Part shown: in pieces, positions 7,412-15,900 of the stretch
How the letters are laid out: every line of letters starts with the position of its first letter
Numbering within the stretch: position 1 is the first letter of the stretch
From: Candidatus Micrarchaeota archaeon
GTDB lineage: Archaea > Micrarchaeota > Micrarchaeia > Anstonellales > Bilamarchaeaceae
DNA length: 21,057 nucleotides
Assembly (NCBI GenBank): GCA_040754495.1
Contig: JBFMCO010000067.1
Location: 1 to 21,057, forward strand
Direction: 5' to 3'
The notes under the pieces: generated by a model
Database searches by the model: none
Told to the model about the DNA's origin: nothing
Seen by the model: the letters and a program-made list of their open reading frames with translations, nothing else
Made by a program: the position numbers and the translations under genes

Positions 7412-8875
7412 TTACTTCTTCGGCAGCCTGCAAAGGGCCTCGGTTACGAGCCTCACGCCGGTGCAGGTCGCGCCCTTGTCCAGATATGGGTGCGGCCACT
7501 TCACGTTATCCACCGCCGCAATGTCGAGATGGGCCCATCTCGTGTCTCCGGCGAACTCCATGAGAAAGGCCGCGGCGGTTATGGAGCCGGCCTCCGGAAG
7601 CTCCGAAATGTTCTTTATGTCCGCGAAATCCGATTTCATCAGCTCCCCGTACTCGGGCCACAGCGGCATCCTCCAGACGCGCTCGTGCGTAATCCTGCCG
7701 GCCTCTTCCAGGGCCCCGGCAAGGCCATCGTCGCTGGAGAACATGCCTATGGCGTGCCTCCCCAGGCTCACCACCATGGCTCCGGTAAGGGTCGCCATGT
7801 CTATCATGAATTCGGGCTTGCGCTCCGCGCCGTAGGCGAGGGCGTCTCCGAGTATGAGCCTCCCCTCGGCATCGGTGTTGAGGACCTCGACCGTCTTGCC
7901 GTTGTACATGCGTATTATGTCTCCCGGCCTCTGCGCGGTCCCGGACGGCATGTTCTCGACCATCGGCATGAGCCCGAGCAGCCGTATCGGCAGCTTCAGC
8001 TGCGAGACGGCCCTGAAGACGCCAAGGACGTTTATTGCCCCGGTCTTGTCGTATTTCATCTCGTGCATGTTCTGTGCGGGCTTTATGCTGATGCCGCCGC
8101 TGTCGAAGCACACGCCCTTGCCCACGACGCAGTAGAGCGGATACTCCAACTTGCCCCTGTTGTATTCGAGCTGCACTAGGAGCGGCCTGTTGCGGCTTCC
8201 CTGGCAAACCGAGAGGATGCCTTCCATCCCCATTTTCCTCAGCCTGTCCTCCTCGAAGACCGTGATTGAGATGCCGTGCTCCCTCGCGAGCTTCCGCGCA
8301 TGCTCAGCCACCCATGCGGGCGTGGCCACGTTCGCAGGCTGCTCGTCCATCTCCCTGGCGTAGTTCTGGGCCCCGGCCATTATCGTGCCGCGGCTGATGG
8401 CGTCCGAGACGTCCTCCTCGCTCACTATGCGCGCCTTCTCTACCGCGAACAGCTCCTCTTTCTTCGTCTTGTAATGGCTGAACTTGTAGGATGCGAGCAG
8501 GGCGCCCTCTGCCATCGCCTGGACCATTCCGAGCAGCTCATGCCTCGCCACGAACCTGCTCGGAAGGTGCATGCCGAACTCGGCCTCCTTGAGGGACGAT
8601 GCGTATCTCACCGAGAGGCCCGCCGCCCTCCTCAGGTAGTCGTCTTTGAACTCCTCCTTCTTTCCGAGGCCGACGACGAGCAGGTGCCTGAATTTCGCCT
8701 CGCCGCGCGTGTCGGCGTAGAATGTCTGGAGAAGCTTGCCCTCGTACCTCTTCTTCTGCGCGTCGCGCAGGAACCGCTTGATGTCGTATGGCGGCTCCTC
8801 GTCCTGCATGAGGAAGACGCAGAGAAGGCTCTCCTTAGCATCTGAGAGATGGGTCTTTTTCAGCTCGATTTTCAT
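7412..8875 (-). CDS. pepA: Leucyl aminopeptidase, M17 family (487 aa; start at MKIELKK)
   Basis: VGKGVCFDSGGISIKP, MKYDKTGA, NTDAEGRL and DMATLTGA metal-binding motifs. TTTTAACC lies about 25 nt upstream of 8875. The longer ORF overlaps the ligase. Confidence 0.95.
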   Translation of the reverse strand: MKIELKKTHLSDAKESLLCVFLMQDEEPPYDIKRFLRDAQKKRYEGKLLQTFYADTRGEAKFRHLLVVGLGKKEEFKDDYLRRAAGLSVRYASSLKEAEFGMHLPSRFVARHELLGMVQAMAEGALLASYKFSHYKTKKEELFAVEKARIVSEEDVSDAISRGTIMAGAQNYAREMDEQPANVATPAWVAEHARKLAREHGISITVFEEDRLRKMGMEGILSVCQGSRNRPLLVQLEYNRGKLEYPLYCVVGKGVCFDSGGISIKPAQNMHEMKYDKTGAINVLGVFRAVSQLKLPIRLLGLMPMVENMPSGTAQRPGDIIRMYNGKTVEVLNTDAEGRLILGDALAYGAERKPEFMIDMATLTGAMVVSLGRHAIGMFSSDDGLAGALEEAGRITHERVWRMPLWPEYGELMKSDFADIKNISELPEAGSITAAAFLMEFAGDTRWAHLDIAAVDNVKWPHPYLDKGATCTGVRLVTEALCRLPKK

Positions 8876-8916
8876 GATTCGCTTATCGCGGCAATGGTTA
8901 AAATCCTGATGATAGG

Positions 8917-10644
8917 TCAGCGCGAGTGCTGAAGCTCGTACATCCTTATGACCTCGCCGGTAGTGGTTATCTCCTTCACGCCCTTGTCCTCCCTCATCCT
9001 CATCAGCCTCGGGAAGCGCAGGGCATAGCCCTTGCCGTCCTGCATCCCGCACGTGTGGTTCGGGGACTGGGTGATGTCGTCGAAGGCGACCTCCACTACG
9101 TATTTCGGCTCCACCCAGAAATCGACCTCGATTTTGTGCTCGAGCTTCGCCGGGGGCTCCGGCGTCTTGATTCTCTCAAGCGTCTTCCCGAGATTCACCA
9201 TCTCCTCCTCTGTGAAGCCGCTCGCCACTTTCGCCACGGTCTCCAGCATCCCGCTGTCCGGGTTATACACCGCGACCAGCACCCCGCCGAACTCGAACTC
9301 CGCGCGCTGGCCCCGCCCAAGGTAGTAGCCCACTATGACGCCGTCTATGGTGTCCACGGATTTCCCATAGGACTTCTTGAGCTTTATCCAGGCGAACTTG
9401 CGCTTCCCGGCGGTATATGGCGCATCCAGGTCCTTGGCCATTATCCCTTCCAGGCCCTGCGAGATGGCGTCCCTGAAGATGCCGCCAAGCTCCTTCGCGC
9501 TCCCGACAACCCTCGTCTCGCTCGGCCTCAGTACGCCAGCGCCCCTGAAGGCCTTTTCGATGATTTCGCGCCGCTTCCTGTAGGGCTCATTCGTCAGGTC
9601 CTTCCCTTCCAGGTAGAGCATGTCGAAGACGAACACGTTCAGGGGGAACTCCTCGCTCGCGGCCTCTATGCCGTGCTTGCGCCTCCGGTGCATCGTCTGC
9701 TGGAACGGGAAATACCGTTTCCTTTTCGTGTCATAGGCGAGCGACTCGCCCTCGAAAATCATCTCTTTGGGCTTGAGCTTCCGGACCGCCTCGACGACAT
9801 CCGGGAACATAGGGCTCATGCGCTCCAGGTTGCGGGAATAAATCTCGACCTTGTCGCCGGATTTATGCACCTGCATCCTGAAGCCGTCGTACTTCATCTC
9901 CACGCCGCACTTCCCTATCCTCTCTATGATGTCCTTCGGCGTGCTGAGGCGCTCGGCCAGGGCAGGCATGAGCGGCTTGAAAGGCTGCACCCGGAACGTT
10001 TCGATGGTTTCGGGTTTAGTGTAAAAGGTTTTGGCGACGTATCCCATGTCGGCGCAGACGTTGTAGGCGCGCTCCAGGGGCTCCCGCAGGGACTTGTCGC
10101 CTGCGTGCGCCACCGAGATGGCATCAAGGATGGTGGGGTCGCCGACGCCGAGCCTGAGGCGGCCGAGGACGAACCTCACGATGTATCGCGCCTCGAGAGG
10201 GGAGGCGTTGTTCAGCATCTCGGTCAGGTGCTTTATCTTCTGCTCCTGGCTCCCTGCCCCGCTCGCCTTCGCTATGCGCATCATCGCATCATAGACGTGC
10301 CTGATTCCCATCTCCTCGCTTGCGAGCGCGGTCTGCTTCTTTCTGGAGAGCAGCTCTTCGGCGCTGTCGCCCAAATCGCCGCTCTTCTTGTAGTGGGCCT
10401 CTACCTGCGGCCTCGTGTAGCCGCTCGCGGATGCGATGGCCTCGATTGCGAATTTCTCCCCGACGCCAAGGTCAATGCCCTCGTAAGGCGGGGCGAGCAT
10501 GCCCTGTATTATGTAGACGAGCCGCTCAATCTCGTCCGTCTTCGTCTTCCTGAAAAGTTCGGCCAGGATGCCTGTCATCTCCAGCCTGCCGCTTTTCTTC
10601 TCAATCCGGTCGAAGACCGCGGCCACGTCCGAGAAAAGGAGCAT
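8917..10644 (-). CDS. lig: ATP-dependent DNA ligase (575 aa from ATG 10644)
   Basis: Motif I EMKYDGFR, III IFEGE, IIIa VFDMLY, IV EGIMAK, V WIKLK, VI LRFPR. A TTTTTATTA element lies about 25 nt upstream. Confidence 0.97.
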   Translation of the reverse strand: MLLFSDVAAVFDRIEKKSGRLEMTGILAELFRKTKTDEIERLVYIIQGMLAPPYEGIDLGVGEKFAIEAIASASGYTRPQVEAHYKKSGDLGDSAEELLSRKKQTALASEEMGIRHVYDAMMRIAKASGAGSQEQKIKHLTEMLNNASPLEARYIVRFVLGRLRLGVGDPTILDAISVAHAGDKSLREPLERAYNVCADMGYVAKTFYTKPETIETFRVQPFKPLMPALAERLSTPKDIIERIGKCGVEMKYDGFRMQVHKSGDKVEIYSRNLERMSPMFPDVVEAVRKLKPKEMIFEGESLAYDTKRKRYFPFQQTMHRRRKHGIEAASEEFPLNVFVFDMLYLEGKDLTNEPYRKRREIIEKAFRGAGVLRPSETRVVGSAKELGGIFRDAISQGLEGIMAKDLDAPYTAGKRKFAWIKLKKSYGKSVDTIDGVIVGYYLGRGQRAEFEFGGVLVAVYNPDSGMLETVAKVASGFTEEEMVNLGKTLERIKTPEPPAKLEHKIEVDFWVEPKYVVEVAFDDITQSPNHTCGMQDGKGYALRFPRLMRMREDKGVKEITTTGEVIRMYELQHSR

Positions 10645-10673
10645 GAAGGTGAAACTCGCCAAAATAATAAAAA

Positions 10674-10736
10674 CTAGCCGCCCCGGATGTATTTTTCCAG
10701 CTCGGCCCTGGCCTCAGGGTCGCTCATCTGCCTGGG
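10674..10736 (-). pseudogene. ino1: Orphaned 3' fragment of an ino1 gene (PRQMSDPEARAELEKYIRGG*)
   Basis: Aligns without gaps to the C-terminus of the full ino1 in this window (PSQFSDAEAKELAEEFAISG; 8/20 identical, 14 of the first 17 nt identical). It is on the same strand, is 67% GC like the host genes, and is followed by an oligo-T tract. Confidence 0.8.
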
Positions 10737-10759
10737 CTGGGAAATGAACCCAGTCCACA

Positions 10760-10767
10760 TTTAAATA
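10760..10767 (+). promoter_or_regulatory. TATA box TTTAAATA for the endonuclease gene (leaderless spacing)
   Basis: Centred about 26 nt upstream of the ATG at 10789. Confidence 0.65.
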
Positions 10768-10788
10768 TCCAAATTTGTTTTCTTGTTT

Positions 10789-11769
10789 ATGGGGGATGAA
10801 TTGCTGACTTGCGAGCAGCTATTGGCTGATTATAAGGTGGGGAAGAAGCATCTTAACGAAGTCAGGCATTGGTTTCCCATACGCCCTACTCCAGAACTGG
10901 CCGGATTGGCGGCAGCACTGATAAGCGACGGCCATATAGATTGGAACAATTATGATGGAAACCCCAGGCCAAAGAAACTAATACTTTACTCAAACGACCC
11001 TCAGGAATGCGAGTGGTTCTTGGGTACTGTCTGGCGCCTTTTTTGTGTCAGAGGCGAAGTGGTGAAATACTGCTCCAACAGCGGATATTCGGCCAACTCC
11101 TCCTACAAAGCCGTAGTGTATTGTGCGGTATTGGCACGCATTCTCATCCTTCTTGGGGTTCCGGCTGGAGATAAAACCACAAGTCCATTTGCTGTTCCAA
11201 AATGGGTACTGGGCGGAAGCCGCGAAATCAAAAAGGAATTCCTGAGGGTTTTGTTTAACTTTGACGGTAGCCTGTCCATGCGGACAAGGCGCGAAACAGC
11301 AATAGAGATGAACTACTCGATGAATAAGCACGAGGCCATCGTTTCTAATGGCCAGCAATTCCTGCTCCAGGTAAAAGAGCTTCTTTCCGACTTCGGAGTC
11401 ACAGCCGGAAGGATTCATGTGCGCCCTTGCGCTGGTGACAAATATACCATTCTCCTTTTCGTGACGAATCACCTATCAATACTGAATTTCCACGAAAATA
11501 TCGGTTTTCTCGGCGAAACAAAAAGACGCAAACTCGAAACCGCTGTTTCCATAATCACAAAACACCGGAGAACATCTGGTGGTTCGGATGTTCTGCGGCT
11601 TCTAAAAGAGAAAGTGGGGAGCGACAGGGCAGCAATATCCAGAATAAATAAACTATCCCAGGTGAAATGCTCTCTCCGCCAATTCGAGCATATGCGCCGC
11701 GGTGAGTCCCTCATTCCTGTGGATATGGTGAACGCGGCCCTGAAGATACTAAATGAAAAAACGGGCTAA
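10789..11769 (+). CDS. Free-standing two-motif LAGLIDADG (intein/DOD-type) homing endonuclease with a C-terminal extension
   Basis: Motif 1 LAGLAAALISDGHI; GDKT...VPKWVLGGSREIKKEFLRVLFNFDGSL (motif 2); FHENIGFLGETKRRKLE block. No N-terminal Cys/Ser or C-terminal His-Asn splicing motifs and no extein. Confidence 0.88.
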   Translation: MGDELLTCEQLLADYKVGKKHLNEVRHWFPIRPTPELAGLAAALISDGHIDWNNYDGNPRPKKLILYSNDPQECEWFLGTVWRLFCVRGEVVKYCSNSGYSANSSYKAVVYCAVLARILILLGVPAGDKTTSPFAVPKWVLGGSREIKKEFLRVLFNFDGSLSMRTRRETAIEMNYSMNKHEAIVSNGQQFLLQVKELLSDFGVTAGRIHVRPCAGDKYTILLFVTNHLSILNFHENIGFLGETKRRKLETAVSIITKHRRTSGGSDVLRLLKEKVGSDRAAISRINKLSQVKCSLRQFEHMRRGESLIPVDMVNAALKILNEKTG

Positions 11770-12866
11770 CGCCCCGTATTGGCCCCGCTTATCGCAAATT
11801 CCTCTGCAAGTTCTTTCGCTTCCGCATCGCTGAACTGGCTGGGGGGGTGCTTCATGAGCCACGCGCTTGGCCCGATCAGCGCGCCGCCTATCTTTTTGTC
11901 AAGCGCAAGCTGCACGTATCTCAGAGCATCGGCTGAAACACCACTTGAATTCGCCTTGTCGTCCACTTCCAGCCGGACCTCCATGTTGTACGGGATGTTA
12001 GCCCACATACGCCCCTCAATCCTCATGAACATCAGCTTGGTATTAGCGAGGAAGGGAATGAAATCAGATGGCCCGATATATATCCTTTCATCAGGAAGCC
12101 TGTGGCGCAATTGTGACTGGACGCTCTCGGTTTTCGAGATCTTCTTGCTCTGCAGCCTCTCCCGTTCCAGCATATTGGTAAAGTCTGTGTTTCCGCCGAC
12201 ATTTATCTGATATGTCTTCTCGATTTTAGTGCCTCTCGAATCGCACAGTTTCGCAAGTGTCCGGTGCACGATGGTCGCCCCGACCATCCCTTTGTAATCG
12301 TCCCCCAGAACCGGAAGGTTCTTCTCCCTGAACTTCCGCTCCCACACTGGGTTGCTTGCGATGAATACCGGCATTGCGTTTACGAATCCGCAACCGGTTT
12401 CTAAGGCGACCTCTGCCCAGAATTCCGTGGCTTTCTGCGAACCGACAGGCAGATGATTCAGGATAATCCTGGCACCGCTATCCGTTATCTCCTGCACTGC
12501 TTCTTCCCTGAGTTTCTCAACGCTCTTTGTCTGCTTTATGGGTTTAATCATATTCTGGACATAGATGCCTACGCCGTCGAGTATCGGGCTTTCTTTTACT
12601 GTTCCAGAACAGCAGGAAACTGAATCCACCCAATTTACTTTATTTGGATATTCGTAAACAGCCTTTGCAAGCGGCTTCCCAACCTTGTTTTCCCCAACAT
12701 CGAAGCCGGCAACGAACTCCATGTCATGAATCGTATATCCCCCGATTTTCTCATACATAATCCCAATTACCTCTTCATTGGGATTCCTCTTGTAATACTC
12801 GATGCCCTGCACGAGCCCAGCAAAGCAGTTCCCGACCCCCACGACCGCGCATCTTATCTTCGCCAT
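11766..12866 (-). CDS. ino1: myo-inositol-1-phosphate synthase (short prokaryotic type)
   Basis: VVGVGNC Rossmann motif, NHLPVGSQKAT, GDDYKGMVGATIVHR, NVGGNTDF, SKKISKT, DDKANS and WLMKHPP motifs. AGGTG SD upstream. Confidence 0.96.
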   Translation of the reverse strand: MAKIRCAVVGVGNCFAGLVQGIEYYKRNPNEEVIGIMYEKIGGYTIHDMEFVAGFDVGENKVGKPLAKAVYEYPNKVNWVDSVSCCSGTVKESPILDGVGIYVQNMIKPIKQTKSVEKLREEAVQEITDSGARIILNHLPVGSQKATEFWAEVALETGCGFVNAMPVFIASNPVWERKFREKNLPVLGDDYKGMVGATIVHRTLAKLCDSRGTKIEKTYQINVGGNTDFTNMLERERLQSKKISKTESVQSQLRHRLPDERIYIGPSDFIPFLANTKLMFMRIEGRMWANIPYNMEVRLEVDDKANSSGVSADALRYVQLALDKKIGGALIGPSAWLMKHPPSQFSDAEAKELAEEFAISGANTGR

Positions 12867-12965
12867 AGCGACACCTATTTAATAATCATAAAATAGTATA
12901 ATATTTTAAACTAGTGGAAAGCAGGGGGTAATAACAATTTTAACTCTCTCTATTAATATGGAAAT
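12867..12965. promoter_or_regulatory. AT-rich divergent promoter region (ino1 / giant surface protein)
   Basis: TTTTAAA at 12904-12910 and TTTTAACT at 12938-12945, the latter about 25 nt before the ATG at 12966. Confidence 0.55.
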
Positions 12966-15900
12966 ATGAGACGAATTATTCTCCTGGCGCTGATTATCGC
13001 CGGCCTCGTCCATCCGGCATGCGAAATCCCGACCGACGACTTTCTTGTCAATGCGTCGACCACCTTCTGCTCCGGCACCTATAACATTTCCGACGCCGGC
13101 GCCCAAGGCATCATCATCGCCAACGCGAACAACATAGACATCACGTGCAACGGGACAATCCTGGTCGGCGGGGTAGCGGAACCGGCATCAACATTACGAC
13201 CAGGAACGGAACGAGCGTCTCAGGGTGCACGATAGCCAATTACAGCTCAGGAATAGCGCTTTACGGAGCATCGAGCAACGCCGTCACGAATAACAGCATA
13301 TCGGATTTCACATACGGCATATACGTAAGGCCGGGTTCGGCCAACTCCTCTTACAACTCATTCGAGAACAACAACATCGGGAACGGAACGACTGGAATCT
13401 ACCTCTACGATTTCGCCAACAACTATATCTCCTACAACAGCGCTTCCGGCAACGCCATAGGAAACTGCTCGAATAGCGGCGTATTCCTCGAAGTGCACGC
13501 AGCCGGCAGCAGCTTCATGGGCTACAACAGCTTCGTCAACAACAGCATCTCGGGCTGCAACAACTCCGTGCGCATATACGCAGGAGACAACGGCCTCGCA
13601 TACAACCAGTACAACGCCTTCGAGAACAACAGCTTCACGAACGGCACGAGCGGCGTCTACCTGGACGCCCAGGACTACCGCCACAGCCTGAATTTCAACA
13701 ACTTCACCACCAACGCATTCACCAATTTCAGCTCGTACGCGGTCTTCTTCGCGGACAACCTGACATACACCAACGACTTCGGTGGCGGGAACACCTTCGA
13801 CGGCTTCAACTTCTACCATTACGCATACAGGACGAACTTCTCCATAAGCGGCCTTTCACTCAACGCCAGCAACGACGCGAGCAACATAGGAATGTTCGTG
13901 ATCGCGAACAGCACCAACGTTTCGCTGGCAGACAGCAACATCACAGGCGACGGGGAATACGGCGTCTTCCTCTGGAACAACAGCCAGAGCTCCATTGCAG
14001 GCTCCAGCATATGGGGCAACGGCGGAGCCGCTGAAGAGGCCAACGTATACGCATTCGACGAGCGCAACTCGAGCATATCCGGCAACGTCATCGGCTCAGG
14101 GTACAACGGCGTCTACATCGTCTCATCATCAGGGATTGGAATCCACAACAGCACCATTGCGAACGCCACGAACTCGAACGTGGAGATCTACGGCTCCTCG
14201 ACAAACACAATGCGCAATAATAGCCTCGCAAATTCGACTTACGGCATACGAATCAGGCCCGGCGCAGCGAACTCCTACTACAATTCGCTCGACAACAACA
14301 CCATAAGCGGAACGGGCACGGGCATCTATTTCTACGATTTCGCAGCCAGCCAGATTGCATACAACAACGCCTCGGGCAATGCCATCGCGAACTGCACGAA
14401 CTACGGCGTTTCCCTGGAAGTCCGGGCGTCCAGCTCGAACTTCATGGGCTACAACCGCTTCGTGAACAACAGCGTCGCAAACTGCACGAACGCGGTCCGC
14501 CTCTTCGCCGGCGATAACGGCCTCGCGCAGAACCAGTACAACCTTTTCGAGAACAACAGCCTAGGTGGCTCCTACGGCATCTACCTGGACGTGCTTGACA
14601 GCCGCCATGTTGTCAATTCGACCAACTTCACCGGCAACCTCATCAACGCGACCATCTACCCCGTATTCTTCGCGGACGCCTATACCGGCATGAACAACTT
14701 CACCGACAACACTCTTATCAACGACAATTCCAGCAACTTCATATTCGTCACCCCCGGCGCGAACAACAGCTTCTCGAATACCACGTTCGTCCGCGGGGAT
14801 GGGCGGATAAACTTCCCACAGCCGGGCATCCTTGTCAACAGGTCGGTCAATTCCAGCAACATCGTGCTCGGCTCCGACATTGCTTCCATCAACTCATCGA
14901 ACCTTACGCAATATGCCGGCATCCCGGCCAACGTGACCACTTTCGCCGAGGTCTGCCCGCCGGCCATCTTCACCAAATCCGGCTTCCCGCTGACTTCCGC
15001 GGACATAACCGCGAACGGCTCGGCCTGCTCGTCGCCCCAGTGCATCGTCGTGTCCTGCGCTTCAAACTTAACCCAGTTCTCGGTTGCGAACTTCTCGGGC
15101 TACTCGGCCAACGCGACGGCGGAAAACTGTCCCATCATCACTGCTGCGGGAGCATACACTATGTCCGGGAGCTATACCGGCGCGCCCAACAGCGCGTCCC
15201 CGCTGGGAGGCTCGGCCTGCGTGAAGATTGCGGCATCCGACGTGGTCCTCGACTGTGCCGGCTTCAATATAACGAACAACGGAACCGCAGGGACGACCTA
15301 CGGCATCATGCTGAACAACTCGGCGTCCAACGTCACGGTGATGAACTGCCCCGGTATACACAGCTACTCCTATGGCACCTACCTCTACCGCGCCAACTAC
15401 AGCGATTTCACCAACCTTTCGGTCATCAATGCCAGCACCGCCGCGTTCTTCATATCGGAGGGCCACGACAACTCGTTCACAGGCAGCTATGGAAACGCGA
15501 GCGGCTATGGCTTCTACCTTTCCTCCACCGCCAACAATTCCCTGACCAACAACACCGCAAGGTCCGATAACCAGTACGGCTTCCTGGTCACTTCCAGCAG
15601 CAACAACGCAATCGCCAACAGCTCGATACTGAACAGCCAGTACGGCATCGGCGTCACGGCTGGCGCGAACAACTCCTTCTACAACAACACAATGACGATA
15701 AACCCCGGAGGCTACGGCTTCTCTGTCTCGGGAAGCGACAACCTGATAACCGGCAACACCGTAAACAACTCGGCATACGCCTATTACTTCGTGGGCAGCC
15801 AGAACAATCTGATCACCAACAACAGCGCCTTCAACGCCAGCAACTACGGCATGTCCTTTACCTCCGCATCGTTCAACCAGACGGTGATCAACAATACCCT

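Larger units (their letters stand above)
10737..12800. mobile_element. Putative homing cassette: LAGLIDADG endonuclease plus replacement ino1 allele (lower-GC segment; boundaries approximate)
   Basis: Sampled 60-nt lines are 42-52% GC versus about 67% in the ligase. The segment is bounded by the orphan ino1 3' end on one side and a codon-usage shift near ino1 codon 23 on the other. Confidence 0.6.

Noticed and set aside
8876-9052. N-terminal extension of pepA
   Set aside because: Overlaps the ligase 3' end; a TATA-like element supports the start at 8875.
8926-10677. 583-aa plus-strand ORF antisense to the ligase
   Set aside because: Shadow ORF typical of GC3-rich genes; no motifs, low-complexity Leu/His/Arg composition.
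10789-11769. LAGLIDADG ORF as an intein or intron-encoded protein
   Set aside because: No Hint splicing motifs or in-frame extein. It is antisense to ino1 with its own promoter, and I saw no bulge-helix-bulge boundaries.
12966-13025. Lipoprotein signal (Cys after the hydrophobic segment)
   Set aside because: VHPA-C is not a lipobox, and the internal paralogous cap also begins with Cys, more consistent with a disulfide.
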